A DNA stretch of 61,522 bases, the filler included, from Choristocarpus tenellus KU-1152 (Eukaryota; Protista; Phaeophyceae): assembly GCA_964200185.2 (NCBI GenBank). It is 14 parts of 14 records of this genome, joined end to end, with 100 filler letters (N's around TTAATTAATTAA, not from the genome) between each part and the next. Parts side by side here need not be neighbours in the genome. Positions count along the whole stretch, not along the records: positions 1 to 3,685 come from CAXNAD020018530.1; positions 3,786 to 9,712 come from CAXNAD020009389.1; positions 9,813 to 14,089 come from CAXNAD020015329.1; 11 more parts are not named here. One strand, given 5' to 3'. The translations under genes and the position numbers were made by a program. Below, one piece after another: positions 1 through 13,741 of this stretch. Within the stretch, counting starts at the first letter, position 1. Each line of letters starts with the position of its first letter. The notes under the pieces are model-generated. The model did no database searches, was not told the DNA's origin, and was given only the letters and a program-made list of their open reading frames with translations.

Positions 1-11
1 GGGCAGGGAGG

Positions 12-59
<48 letters not shown>

Positions 60-715
60 GGAGGCAAGGGGGGGCACAGGGATAAAAAGGCTTGAACAGA
101 GGGACAAAGAGAGGGAATGTAATCGGATTAGAGGGGAAAGCACATGAAAAGGAAGATATTAAGAGCAGCAGGAGGGGGGGAGGGGAGGAGTCAGGACTGG
201 GCGATGCAGGTGGGGAAGGATTACTACAGGGCACTGCTACAGAGGGGATGCAATACAGGTTTTAGTCTGAATATTATCGAGACAAAATGTAACAGATACA
301 CAGTAGTTGCAGTAAGAGAGAGAGACATGGAACAAATTGCACCTTGGCATCAGGGACACATAGAACATCAGTGCAATCTGAAGGCTTCGGAGAGGGGAAC
401 TCAAGGTACACACCACTGTACAGTACAAATAGTTAAAACTTAGTGTGGTCAGAACCGTTAAAGCGGTATCTTGCACGGCTCAAGTGATTTATTTTTTTTA
501 AGGAAAAAAACACACTAAAACTCTCGAAAATGACAGACACCCAGAGCAACAAAACAAGACAATAAAAATAATCAAACTGCTTTAAAAAGGAACCGCACCA
601 TCACACACATGCAAACCGGAATATGAAGCCAAAGAACACACACACACACACACAATAGAAACCCAACACAGTACACGAACTTGCCCTGAAAACAGTTTTT
701 TGAACGGGTGCACAC

Positions 716-2177
716 CTGCATGAAGAGTACAATGGACTTGGGGGTCTCATCAGGCAAACTCCCCTCTGCCAGTGCCTTTCCCGCACAAGCCAGCAGTGCT
801 AGTGCAAACGCCTCCGGGCCTGGGGGTGCAACTCCAGCCACAACATTGCTCTTGATTGCATCCAGCAAGGATAGCGTGCCGGCGAATTGCCCCCGTGAGT
901 TGAGGATCTCCATCACCTAGCGAGGCGTTCCAGTCCAACCGCCCCCCGCCCCCCACCCCCCCGCATCACCAATGCACGATGGAGAGCCGAGGCCAACAAC
1001 CGAGCCCAGCGATAAATCAGACGGCGGGGCACCACCAAAGACAAAAAGGGCATTGCAAGTAGGAAGGCGTTGTTACCCCCAAACAGTAAAAAAAAAAGTG
1101 CAGTGACAGTGTGTGTCGTAAAAGAGGCCAATGACTGTATGCGATCAAAGTCCAACGTAAGGAAAATGAGGAGAGATAGGGTTAGGGATGGGACTAAGGT
1201 GTAGAGGAAACAAAAGCAAACAAAAAACGACTGCCTGGGGGGAGAGTGGAAGGCCGAAACGTGGATTATCGGAAGGCAGATGATAGACAGGGGTACCATC
1301 TCAGTAGGAGTAGAGGTGTGCAAGAGGAAAGGGGGGGGGGGGGGGGGGCAATAACCTACAACCACACAAAGGAAAAGGGAGGTCAAAATTTTTTGGAAGA
1401 ANNNNNNNNNNGGGGTGCAAATACTTAGCACCAACACTAGAGTAAAGGTAGGTAACATATGTTGAACAGAAACGAAGAGAAGAGATGTAGGGGGTTAGGG
1501 TTAGGGTTGTCCAAGAAAACGTTATTCAAGATATTCGTAGGTGAGGTACTCACACTCAATACCACAGTCAACATGCACAAGGACAAGCGTGATCACGAGC
1601 AACAGAGGAGCTCTTGTTCATAGATATCGCAGCAGGATATCACCCGGGGCATGCCATCCACGAGCCACTTCCAACCCTACTCTACCCAAGGTCGAACAAT
1701 AAACAAACCTCACCAGTGGGAAAAATCCCATCCAAGATCCACAAACCCTCCTCTCTACCATTCCCCTTCACCATTGGGGACTTGGTCACCCTTCATCAAG
1801 ATCAAACTTAAACAACACATCTCTCAAAAAAGCTACCCAAAAAATACCAAAACCCACCCAAGCGCAGGCCCTCTGTTGCCATCACTGTTGCCACCATCAG
1901 CACATCTACCAGGACGGTGGTCACAAGCTATTTCTGCCACCTCCCCCCCCCCCTCCTAAATAAACCGCCCTACACTCTAAACAAAAGATCTGCGCATCAC
2001 TTCGGCATTCACCTGACAGAAGGCCCCTTCTGTTATAGTCCTCCTCCCCAGCCAGCCTTCCCAGTGCAGCATCACCTCAAGGCACCCCTGTAATGGCCTC
2101 TCTGCACCTTCCGAAATTCGAGGCAATTGTCCTGCTGCAGCGTAGGCTGAGATCAAATCCTCCATCATCTCTTTGCC
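716..2177 (-). CDS. Internal exons of a helical-repeat (PPR-like) protein, partial
   Basis: Exons 2177-2013 (GKEMMEDLISAYAAAGQLPR...AFCQ) and 916-716 (VMEILNSRGQF...EAFALALLAC...LFMQ) have AG/GT borders and join in phase 0. 'LISAYAAAGQ' resembles a PPR helix. Product assignment is weak. Confidence 0.45.
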
Positions 2178-2438
2178 CTATTTGCTCCCAGCCAGGCAAC
2201 AGGGGGCAGAGGGAACAAGAAGATCAGAGGACGCGCTATCAAAATTCTAATCCTAATCTCTAACCCTGATCCTCTGTCTCACTCATGTCAGGCTACAACA
2301 ACAGCGCACCTAACTCTGCAAGGTAAGGAGGCACCAACCCACCAAGGGTGCAAACACAGTGTGGGTCCCAAGATGCTTCAACAAATCACAAAAAAAACAT
2401 AACATACATGGAAGTAAACACATCCCCCCCCCCCACCC

Positions 2439-2479
<41 letters not shown>

Positions 2480-3528
2480 TCCCCCCCCCCCCGCCCCNNN
2501 NNNNNNNACATCCCCCCCCCAAAATGTGCTTGGTCACCGCCCCTCCCCATCCCCAAACAACACCCTCAACCTCCAGTACTGCACTCCCCACCTTTCGCTC
2601 TCTGTCTCCGAGGTTCATCGCGCTCCACTCAACTGCATGTACTGCCACAAGGATGAGCTTCTCAGTGGGCAGAATTTGGATGTTGGGGACAGTTGCAATC
2701 ACAGCACAGGGACAGATGGAAGAGGCGATTGGGAAGGGGGGGGTTGTGATGTGATGCGAATATGACTGGGGGTGGAGGATGACTGGAAAGAAGAATGGGT
2801 AAGACAGACACTGAGTTGACTGGGAAAGGATGTGGTGAAAATAATAAAATGTTGGAGCACGGGAAAAGCATGCCAAGGACTACCAAAACTTGAAGCCGTA
2901 CTTAGTCCTACGAAGGGGGTGAACACGTGCCGAGACACACAGCTTTTGACCCTTGCTCTGTGAAGGAAGAAAATAAAATCGTCGGGAAAGGACCAATCAG
3001 TTACAGTATTTCAGTCAAAAAGGAACGCCTCTAAGAAAAAAAAGGTTTCTACATTTTCTCTTGAAAACTACACAGAATCAAAAATGACATCAAAAGAATT
3101 TGCTAAAATGATTGTAGCCCAAAAAGGGATTAGATCGCTTCCCCTTGTGTGTGTGTTTCAAGAGCTGCAATTGTCCAACCCCCGAATGAATTGGCGGTCT
3201 ATGGCGGTCTATCCTCCACACCTATGGGCTACTCTACCTCTCTGGTCGTCCAACAGAAAACGACATCCAACACATGGGCTAACAAACATTTGTACAACAC
3301 ACAACAGCTCAAAAAAAAAAAACACAAGAAAAGTGTCCACACGCACAGTCGCATACATATATATTTTTATTTTCTCTCAAGTCTTTCTTTTCAGATCGTT
3401 ATCATAAAAATATAGGACTCTCCTGCAGGGTCATCCAGAACTTGAACTTATGAATGGCAATGTTTCAGCATAATACAGTGTGAGGATTGGTGAAAAAACT
3501 CAACATATACTTTTACCGATAGCAACGG

Positions 3529-3552
3529 CCCTAACCCTAACCCTAACCCTAA
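3529..3552 (+). repeat. Interstitial telomere-type repeat (CCCTAA)4
   Basis: ccctaaccctaaccctaaccctaa. Shorter TTAGGG/CCCTAA runs occur near 1495, 43017, 43424 and 43627. Confidence 0.8.
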
Positions 3553-3685
3553 GATAGTACCAACAGCAAATTATGTACATTATAATTCTTGTCCTCCGCA
3601 GCAGTCTCTCTTGTTCCTTCCCCCATTGGATAGATAGATAATATCTTGTGCTTTCATCCCCCCCCCCCTCCCTCCCCCTACAAAC

Positions 3686-3785
3686 NNNNNNNNNNNNNNN
3701 NNNNNNNNNNNNNNNNNNNNNNNNNNNNNTTAATTAATTAANNNNNNNNNNNNNNNNNNNNNNNNNNNNNNNNNNNNNNNNNNNN
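3686..3785. other. Artificial contig linker (N-run TTAATTAATTAA N-run); 13 in window
   Basis: The same ~100-nt spacer with stops in all six frames recurs at about 9713, 14090, 18157, 24507, 30721, 35073, 38895, 41858, 45400, 49017, 52834 and 57590. Confidence 0.97.
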
Positions 3786-3837
3786 TTTTTTTTTTTTTTT
3801 CTACCTTTCTAATTTTATTTGTTGTTTTGATGTGATT

Positions 3838-4021
3838 GTGGGGGGGGGGGGGGGGGGGGGGGGGGAGAGGGGTCTACACCTGGGTGTCCATTGGTTCAAA
3901 ATCAGGAAAAGTGTGTTTTACATTATCCATCCAACATATACAACCAAATCACCCAAAAATCGCGACATGAAAAAATTGACCCCAAATGGACAGCCGCCAC
4001 CCCCTCCAGATACTTTGAGCC
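3838..4021 (-). mobile_element. MITE family B copy (left end lost in G-tract)
   Basis: Ends ...ccctccagatactttgagcc. Reverse complement of the complete copy at 21352-21542. Confidence 0.85.
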
Positions 4022-4277
4022 TTACCCCAATGTGTATTGAGGGTCATGTTGCAACGCTTACATGTAGGTACTTTGGAGTACTCACTACAAGCCCTGCTTC
4101 CTTTTTCAAGTGGTATATTGCACATCTACTGTACGGTGATAGGCAACTACCAGCACTCTACCCATTACCCCAACCCACCAGAAAAAAAAAAGTGCTTCTG
4201 TAGGGGATGAGTAGTCGCTCATAGACTCACACAAAACTGGGGCTGTGTATTTCATGCTTATCATTGATGGGGCGTAG

Positions 4278-7200
4278 GCCAACAAGTCAGTTTTAGAGCG
4301 GCTAAGTTCAGGACAAGAAGCTGTGGAGAGCTCATTGCAGACAAGACTTCTAGAGGCACTCAACTCTGAGGTGTGCAGTAAAACATGTGGGTATAGTACC
4401 ATTCCCCCCTGACGTGCTATTAATCTCATCAGGTACGAGTAAGGAACATCTATTTCCTACTACTAATACGTATTCAGTTCTATTCCTACTGTTTGTAGTT
4501 CACATACCTCCATGACTCAGTCTAGTTCTTGGACAGGGATCTGTGATATGGAATAGGTTGTGGGTACTGGAGTACAGACGATGAATGCTCTTCAAGCACA
4601 TAATATTCCATGGGAGAAGCCAGGAATTCTTAGGCTCTCCGAGGCCTTATCGTTATTCATTTGTTCAGGATCTAAAGATGTCACCACTATTAGATATATA
4701 TCACAATCCTATTTTTGTACTGATGCTTGTTGTGATTTCGAATGGAAAAGCGCTTGCCAAAGGACGTTGGGGCCCATTGTCCCTTTGCCCAATAAAATAC
4801 TAAACAATTGTTGTGTCACCTGCTCAAATCCAACTAGGTGTGTCAAGGAGGTACCATCAATGATGTTGGAGAAGCCATTGAATGGATAAAAAGGTGTGTG
4901 ATAATGATTTAAGTTTTTGCTGGACTCTCCATTTGCTGCTCCATTTCAATATCAGAATGCGAAAACTCAAATAGATTTAATTAAGAAGACGAGAAATGAA
5001 AAAAATCCTGAGGACAGTTTTGATTATTCTTTAAAGCACAGACATTACAACAGCCCTTATCCATCGCATTTGTTCAGTGTAGTAGTGTGTGACATTTTTG
5101 GTGAATACCACCATTCATTCGTATGAGAAAATATATATTATTGATATACTTCAGAGCATCTATTGTTACGTATGTGAAAGAAGCCTACAAATAGTCTCCT
5201 TTAAAAGGTACAAAAAATAGTCGACATTTATGAATCGCACTACCTTTTGTGTTTATCAGGTGGTGAACTCTTTTCCAGCTCATTGAGGCTACTCTGGGAA
5301 GATGATTGTATTCACCTAGATTCTGTATATTAGTGGAAGTAGGAGAATATTGAAAGCATGTTATACCACCTCTAAGGGACGATACTCTTCTTGTTCCCTC
5401 AATGAGAAAATCTCCAAATGTCAGTGGGTATAATATTTTTCAGATGAAATTAAAGTAGTGGTACCAACCTTTTAAATTTTTTTCAAGAAGTACTCTGGTT
5501 GAGAAGGACTTTAGTCCATGATAGCAGTCAATCCCATTCTACCTCAACTTTCCACCCCCCAACTAGCACTCCTTTCTCAGTTTCTTCTTTGACACTATCT
5601 TCTTCGCTTTCCCTCCACTCACTGTGGTTTCGGTCTTGTTCTTGTCTCCTCTATTCTTCCTTGTGTCAAACCATTCGGCACTAGTACATTCTACTACATC
5701 AGATGTCGTCAGAACCCGAGCTATTATGGGCTACCATCTGATCTTCCTGAGGATGATCTCAACAGCCACCTGCGGGAGACTTGCCTAGCAGGCCTACAAA
5801 AGGTGCATATTTTCCCAGACGATTTGCAACATTTGACCCAAAGCCCATGTTGAGTAAGACCATAGAGGAATAGAGTGTTGCGTGATGAACAGTGCAATTA
5901 GCATACCGAGAATGACCAGAAGGGCTTTGAGTGAGTATCATTGCCATTCTAAAATGATAGATGGCCAATTTTTGTTTATCGTTCTCTCTGCACACCTCTA
6001 GATGGCACAGGTGAGAAGTTTGAGAAGGGGTGATGCCATTGATGTAGTGAAGCGACAAACTTGGCTCAGAACAAGGCATCACACTTTTACCACAACTCGA
6101 GTTCCAGTAATTTGGGTTTCATAGACTTGTTTGTATCTCTCTTTCCTAATGAGCCAATGTACAATTGCAGAAAATTCCTTTGCTGAGTTGTGGTGTCAGT
6201 TTGTGTGCAGCAAGGAGGAATATTAATTTTGCACACACTGTTTGTGCACATAAGGTAATTTTGTAGTGTAGCAAATATCACGTAAAATGCAAAAGGTCCA
6301 AACCTACCTACCCCTCAACTACTCTGGCTTAGTCGTGCTCTGTAGATTTGTATCACTAGTGTTATGATATGCCCCCTTGGGCTTGGCAAGCTCCTGGAGC
6401 GTGCTGTAACATATCCCCCCACCCTCGTTTCTAGGGTGTCAATCATGATTGCATAGTCAAGCCCAACACCATTCTGTATACCATTGCCCATTGCAACTTG
6501 TCCTCCCATTCATTTACGAAGCTGGGCATGGCTGGCGTGATCAGTATGGGAGATGATATGTTCACTGTGGAGTCCACACCGGCTGGAACTCTCTTCAGTC
6601 GTTTCATGGTGCTTTTTGACTCGATGAAGGCCATCATGTCTCTCCCGACCAACAGTGGCATCAAGTAAGGCCACGACCTACCTATCCTTATCTACCCTAT
6701 GCGACCCCATACTAAATATACCAACAAACTATGAGCAAGTTCCACTTTGTGGGTTCCATGAAGCTCCTTGACTGCAGAAAAGGGAATTGCAAGGTGCTAT
6801 ATCATTTGAATCTACTCCTGCCACATTCTGCAAGCTTGAGTATGCGCATTGATATTTCCTACACACACTACTGCACCCCTTTCTTCACATGTCCCCCTTC
6901 ATGCTAGATTATCTTGTTCCTGACCCAGCTACTTTCTTTTCACACCATTTCCTGTGCCTAACTTGTTCAATCATTACCACCTAAGATATCTAAAAAAGCA
7001 GCATACTTCTCTACTCTTTCCTTTCCCTTTTGTGTCTACCCAATACTCCTTCCCCATTCTCTATGGGTGCTCACCTGGCTTTTTGGGGAACATATTTTTT
7101 TGTGGCTAGGGATTTCCTGGACCTGTGTGCATCCTGCGATGAGCTCAACACTCCTGTGAGGAGGGCAGAGAAAAAGCTCCTAAATAGCCTCAACACCAGA

Positions 7201-9184
7201 GTGCGCTTCCCTCCCCCAAAGAAATTCCTGGTCAAGACCGCAAAGGACAAGGTCAGTTAGTTGCAGTTTACCCTGGACTAGATAGCTTGAGCTTTTTGAA
7301 AAGGGGCAGTAATATTCGGGGATATTATGAGTGGATTCTACTCCATCAAACAACGCATATTAAGGGCAAAACAATGTACCTCAAAGAGGTATTTTAGTTG
7401 ATGGAAGTTGGTGCTCGTCTCTATGTCTCTAGGGACCTTGAGACTGTAGTTGTCCTGGCAAGCGACAAATAGTATAATCCCGCCAGCATTGCTGATACTT
7501 GGAAGCGATTGATCTGATTGACTCTTGGAAAGTAGCTAAAAAATATGCCCTTCCCCTCACTACCCTGTCTGACGTATTGGAAAGGCGCTCACCCTCATCC
7601 AGGCAAGCCTTGGTTCCTTATCTGTGGAGGACTGGACTCTCCGTGGGGAACAGACAAGCATTCTGGATGGCTCAGCTCGTCTGCTTGGGTGTTGTGCAGA
7701 GTACTTTGCGGGTACAGGGGCAGGCTATTGCTGTGTGGTTGCACTAGAGCTACTGAAGTCAGTCCGCCAGAAGCTTTGGATGGATGCTGAGGTGAGAATA
7801 GTGAGGAGGAAATGGCGGTTTATGCTAGAGGGGTTGATTGGAGACACAAGAAGGTTAAGCAGGTGTTCCTGCCTCTGTCATATGTATGTCAAATGAATAT
7901 ATTGCTGATAGTGAGGGGAAGGATTTGCCGCCTATAATTATTTATTATCATGAAGAAGCGGTGATAATTGTGAAAATTTCTGCATAGGAGATGGAAACAA
8001 GCGCCTTGAGCTGCTAATGATAGCTCTTGTTGGTGCAATGAGGATGGTATGAGATGAGGAGCTAAATTCTATATGCAGTGGGCATAGTACAGATTCTACC
8101 TCTCTTATTTAATCTGTATATCCATCTCGTTGGTTTATGTCTTTGGCGGAGTTCAGTTTGAGAGCTTTGATGTCACTTAGGTACTGATTGAAGAATATGT
8201 ATATATATAGGAATTGCCCAATGAGTTCTATATGCAAGGAAACTTGACTATCCATGTGCAGGTGCGCCATATTCTGCAGTTCCACTTTGACGCTCTAATC
8301 TCCTGAACCACATGTGACATTGGACCCTTGGGCTACTCTTTAGCGTGGTCAACTTCGGCAGCTCCCAGGCGTGGGGGACCAGCTATGCACACGTTTGGGG
8401 GACAGTGGTCTGTTGACTCTGCTGCAGATCGCTAGGGCCTCAGCACCCCATATTGATTTTCTCGCCAACCGCAGGCATCCGTTTGGATACGGCAAGTTCG
8501 GGCTGCTTGTTGCTGTTACAAATACTTTTTCAGTGTATATCTTAGTACCAATGGTTGCTGGTGAAGAACTATGTATTGTATTTGTTATATTGAAGGGGAC
8601 TGAACAATTATGTTTGGTGTTGAAGAGGTTTTTCAAATACTGTGCACATTATATGTAGTAGTATAGGTTTATGCTTGATCGACACCTACTACTGAACCCT
8701 CCACATGTTCGCAAGCCATGACAAAGTTATCAGAGTTGGAGGGGTAAATGTTACGTGGAACCGCAATTTTGGGGTATGGGATGGTAAGGATGGGTAGGGG
8801 AGAGGGCGTGTTGATCATCAGCTGTAATGAACTTGTTGTGGCCTAAACTCTGTTCTAAACGAATGACAATTAAACAAAATTGTAAACGTGTGGAGCCCTA
8901 CCAATCTTGAGAAACTATGGAGCACCAAGCAATTATGGGATGAAATTTGTTTTCATGTTCCTGATGGAGAGTACCCTTGTAAGGGGTAGAAGGGGTAGAT
9001 GTTCATATATATTGTGGCTCATTTGAACCTTCGAGGAATCTTTACTGTAATCCTATAATAACACCCTCAACTTGTTTGCCGCTTTTACAAAGGTCTCAAA
9101 CAGGCTGCCCTTGAGATCTTATCTCGTGCTCTCACAGTTGAGGTGTGCCGTGAAGCAGACAATAATCATCCGGAGCAGATGAAG
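4278..9184 (+). CDS. MER3: Meiotic crossover helicase MER3/HFM1 (winged-helix and Sec63 region), partial, 8 exons
   Basis: Phase-consistent exons 4278-4370, 4838-4893, 5685-5802, 6522-6664, 7110-7251, 7585-7791, 8344-8491 (GC donor) and 9093-~9184. They give QEAVESSLQTRLLEALNSEV..TINDVGEAIEWIKSTFYYIRCRQNPSYYG..VESTPAGTLFSRFMVLFDSMK..VRRAEKKLLNSLN..RFP..KTAKDKALTLIQASLG..QKLW..LRQLPGVG..NRRHPFG, colinear with HFM1/Mer3 as I recall it. Confidence 0.88.
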
Positions 9185-9650
9185 GTGTGGCTAGTTTTGC
9201 CACGGTGTACCACTGTATACATTCAATAGGTATCTACAGTAGGATGATCCTTCCCATCATTTTCTTTTCAGAATAGAGTGAGCTGAGATGCAAGCCTGTC
9301 ACGAACTGCTCGAGTTTGAACAAGATTTGAATCTATTCCGGCTTTTCCATCCGTCCTCTATAACAAATGATGACTTGGAGTACTTTCCATCTTATCGGTC
9401 AAGTAAGATCCACATTCAGGTAGAGTAGTATAAGACATTATACACTTCACCATTTCCCAAGATGTGCACCAATCAATGCTAGATGTCGTAGATCAGGTTG
9501 TAAGAGCTTATTGCATTGTTGTTCTTGTAGTTGTGGGAGATAGAGAGATTGAGAGAGAGAGGGAGCCACTCTGGATAGCTAAACTTGCAGTTACTGATAG
9601 ATGTGCTCATGCAGATAACTTGTCAATAATGGGTCACAGACATCCAATCA

Positions 9651-9712
9651 GGCTCAAAGTATCTGGGAGGGGGTAGCGGCTGTCCAATTGGGGTCAATTT
9701 TTTCATGTCACG
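9651..9712 (+). mobile_element. MITE family B, 5' end, truncated by contig end
   Basis: ggctcaaagtatctgggagggggtagcggctgtccaattggggtc... Confidence 0.85.
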
Positions 9713-10906
9713 NNNNNNNNNNNNNNNNNNNNNNNNNNNNNNNNNNNNNNNNNNNNTTAATTAATTAANNNNNNNNNNNNNNNNNNNNNNNNNNNNNNNN
9801 NNNNNNNNNNNNGATGAGTGGGTGCATGTTACTTTGACGTCTGTTACACTTGTCCCGAAGATAGCTTTCAATCTTTTCTCTTTACATTCTGCTGGTAGGG
9901 CTAAGTTAGGAAGTGAATATCAAATTGATTGGTGATACATATCGTATATGTGATTGGGGAGGTAGATACCAATGCGTTTAAGTGGAATGGCTCCATGTAC
10001 ACTGCCAACGTCAAAAGACTCCCACCCCCAGACGCCACAATTTTGGCCGCAACTGCATCTACAACACCCATGCACATCAATGTTTTTCATCGCATCCTCA
10101 ACCACGCTGGTGAGAAAATTCTTCGACACATAGCTAAGGAACAAGGAATGACACTGTCAGGAAACTTAGCGTCAACAAAGTGCATAGGGTGCGCAAAAGG
10201 GATTAGGATAAGAGATCCTGTCCCAAAATCCACCACTGCACGAGTTCGGGGATCATTCACTCGCATCTTTATTGATCTCACAGGACCGAAGAAAGTTAAA
10301 TCATTTGGTGGGGCTGAGTACGCCCTGGCAATGGGGACAATGACGAGGTGGAGGAGGCTGAGGACAGCAATGATGGTGATGATGATTGGGTGGACGAGGC
10401 TAAGGACAGCCAATTTGAAAGGGAATTACGACGACTCAGCATTGGAAATGGTGAAGACAACATCCTTCCCCACCGCACCAGATCAGGCAATCATCCTACT
10501 TCCGCCAAAGCTGCTGTTTTTAACACGTCCAATTTTTTATGACCTGTATGTCTGTTTCCATAGAGACTACCCTTGTAATGTGTGCGAGTGATAATTCTAT
10601 TAGAGTTTTAGCGGAGGGGCTCCCTCCAGAACCCCAAACTGTAAGAGCAGCACGTAGCTCTCCCGAATGTGATTTATGGGATCGAGCTAGAGCAGAAGAG
10701 ATATCTGGTTTGTTGTTGAATAATATTTGGGTGGAGACCGTATTACCCCCTGGACGCAGGGCAATGGACACTAAATGGATTCACAAGCGTAAGACTAACA
10801 AATTTGGTGAGGTAGTTAGATACAAGGCACGTTTGGTAGCAAAGGGTTTTCGACAGATTAAGGGTTTGCTCCAACACCGTCCCCTGCGTCTTTGAAAATG
10901 GTTTTA

Positions 10907-11169
10907 GAGTGAAAGTATCTTAGAGGGTACGAGTTTTGCCCTGTTTGTTGTCCATTTGGGGCTTGGCTTCCCTCGGATTTTTTTTATTACATTTTCCTAC
11001 TCCAAAATATTTCGGAGCAGGTAAAATGTGTATGTTATGAAAAGATGTGTCTGGAACAAGGATATAGACACTTCCTGACAAACACAAGAGCTAAAATTAA
11101 ATCAAAATCGCAACATCGGATTTCGGTCCCCAAATGGACGCGGCTCTACCCTCTAAGATACTTTGGCTC
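10907..11169 (-). mobile_element. MITE family A inserted in copia RT, TSD TTTA
   Basis: TIRs gagtgaaagtatcttagagggta / taccctctaagatactttggctc. Removing the element and one TTTA restores SLKMVLALATDKDWELK. Confidence 0.93.
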
Positions 11170-12427
11170 TTTAGCATTAGCTACAGACAAGGATTGGGAA
11201 TTAAAATATTGGGATGTAAAACAAGCTTTTATACAAGCAGACATTACTGAAGAGAGCTTTGTTTGTTTATGTAATGGTTGTAATATATGGTCAGGAAAGA
11301 TTGTGCGTTTATTGAAAGCTCTTCACGGCACCAAACAGGCTAGCAGGGAGTTCAATAATTTGTTGGTGCATGTTTTGGAACAGTATGGTTTTGAGCAATG
11401 CAGAGCAGATCTCTGTGTGTTACGCTATGTAAGAGATGGTGCTGTTTGTGCTGTAATAGCCCCCCACGTAGACGATCTTTTGGTAGCTGTTGTTAAAATA
11501 TTTGTTTTGATTTGGGTTCACTCTAGGATAAAAGAGCAGTTTTTCATAGGAGATTTTGGTGACCTCGAGTATTATATGGGTTGTGAGATTTCACGTGACA
11601 GAACTGCACAGACTGTCGTCACCATCAGTCAGACTAGGTACATTAAGAGTGTTTGTCAAAGGTTTGGTATGGATGGGGCAAAGAAGAGGTTGATACCCCA
11701 TGGTCTCTCAAGGGCTTTAGACAAGAGTGAGAATCATCCAAGGGTTGCTGAAAATACACCATATAGAGAGGTAGCCTGATGTGGGCATCTGTTATGACTA
11801 GGCTTGACATTGCAAGTGCAATTCGTGAAGTTGCCAAGTACAGTAGCAATCCCAAAATCACACATTGGCGTGCAGTGAAATGTATTTTAGCATATTTGAA
11901 TACGTGTCCCAGTGTTGGATCGAGTTTGGTGGTTTTGATACTAAGTGTGAGTTGAGTGTGTATGCTGATGCTAGTTATGCTGAAGACTGGAATAATCATA
12001 GATCAGTGACTGGAGGAGCAATATTGTTCGCAGGAGGAGCAAACCTTGGATGTCAAAGGTACAAAGACTTGTAGCTCTGTCTTCCACGGAGAGTGAATAC
12101 ATAGCTCTTAGCAGTGTGGCACAGGAATTACTTTTCTTGAGAAGTGTTTTTGCCACAAGCCCTACTAGAACAAAGCACATCATTTTCTGAAGGGACTTGT
12201 CTAGAAAAGGAGAGATTCGTGTTGTTTTTGTTGATACTGCAAATCAGAGGGCAGATGTATTGACGGAGAATTTGCCATTTCGAGTTTTTAGACAGCATGT
12301 GAAGTTTTTGATCAACATGTGAGCTAACATGTGTATTGTATTATTTTTTAGTGTGATTATTTGAGAGTTAATACTTGTTTTCAGCAAGGGGAGGATGTCG
12401 AATAACGTAGTGTTATCCTTACGTTAT

Positions 12428-12881
12428 CTGTGCTGATACAAGTATATAACATAGGTTATACGTACGTTTATATTTAGGTCAATATAACACAAAGGAGGAA
12501 TGTGAAAAAAAAAATAATAAGTCACATTAATTCATACGTCGGTGATGATGGATGACTGGCGGGCAATTAATGATTCAGTGTATGTTTTACCATGTAACTC
12601 AACTACTAGCTTTCGGCAACGAGCCTTATATGTGCCAAGCTTCTCAACAAATGACACGTCTGTGCTGATACAAGTATATAACATAGGTTACATGTACGTT
12701 TATATTTAGTTCAATATAACACAAAGGAGGAACGTGAATAAAAATAAAATAAGTCACATTCATTCATACGTCGGTGATAATGGATGGCTGGCGGGCAATT
12801 AATGATTCAGTGTATGTTTTACCATGCAACTCAACTACTAGCTTTCGGCAACGAGCCTTATATGTGCCAAGCTTCTCAACA
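12428..12881 (+). repeat. Tandem duplication (~230 bp) of the copia 3' LTR
   Basis: tctgtgctgatacaagtatataac...gtgccaagcttctcaaca occurs at ~12428-12649 and ~12659-12881. Confidence 0.9.
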
Positions 12882-13741
12882 AATATGAAACGTCAATGGG
12901 AGGACAGGACAGTATGCTCCTTTCAACAAAATGAGATCATGATGACGTGGAGATGCCTGGATCTGCTGGATGTGAGCAAAGGGTATCAGTGAGAGAGGTA
13001 AATAGGTCCGAGGAGAGTAGTGTAGGTGTGAATCCTTGTGGGAGTAGTCCAAAAAAGGATCTATGAAGGTTGGGAAGAAAGAAAATGACAACGAGTCATC
13101 AGTATCTAACAAGAAGGTGGAAAAATCCAAGAACTCTCCCTTCGACTGTGCACTTTATTTATTGGTGTAAAAATAGAACTGAACAACCACCCATGGTAAG
13201 TGCATGGCCTTAAAATGACTAAATAATGTGTAAGTAGTCAAGAAGTACAAATATATAAAATCTAGGACTTTAAGGTCATATTGGCGTTTATGAAACCACC
13301 ATTACAGCATATTGCCTATGACATACCTTCTCAGCATGAAGCATAATTGCTTCAATGCGAAGAATAGGTGACTGGACAAGGAGATCACATGTCACTCCTT
13401 ATTCTATCATGAACGTAACAGAAATGAAATGTATGTCACTTCCAGGTCCTAACATATCGGTATAGACAGTGTTGGGGATCCAACGGAGGAGGACACCTGG
13501 AGGAAAACCCCTCTTTCAGCATTGTCTCTGACAACAGACGTGCTAGCACGACTCTCGCACCTCACGGCAATCACCCTGCATCTGACTAAACGATCAAGAG
13601 AGACCTCCTACACCAGAGTCTCACACTCATGTCAAAATAGTACCCTGTAATGAAATGACTCTCCCCTGTCAAAACAATAGAAACACAAATAAATACAGAA
13701 GCAAAAATAACGTCTCACAGTCACAAAAGAATAGGATAATA

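Larger units (their letters stand above)
9813..12881 (+). mobile_element. Degenerate Ty1/copia LTR retrotransposon (protease-adjacent region to 3' LTR)
   Basis: HHCC motif (FHRILNH..CIGC), integrase start IFIDLTGP then internal deletion, RT motifs (YKARLVAKGFRQ, WDVKQAF, HVDDLL) and RNase H (YADASYA..RSVTG, LSSTESEY). PPT aaggggagga is followed by an LTR tgtcg(12396)...caaca(12649). Frameshifts and stops present. Confidence 0.92.

Noticed and set aside
2310-2876. Poly-Pro and poly-Gly ORFs (also near 14142, 45223 and 57638)
   Set aside because: They are translations of homopolymer C/G runs next to gaps.
3730-3741. Recurrent palindromic TTAATTAATTAA between N-runs
   Set aside because: It is an artificial six-frame-stop linker joining contigs. 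Adjacency across it has no biological meaning.
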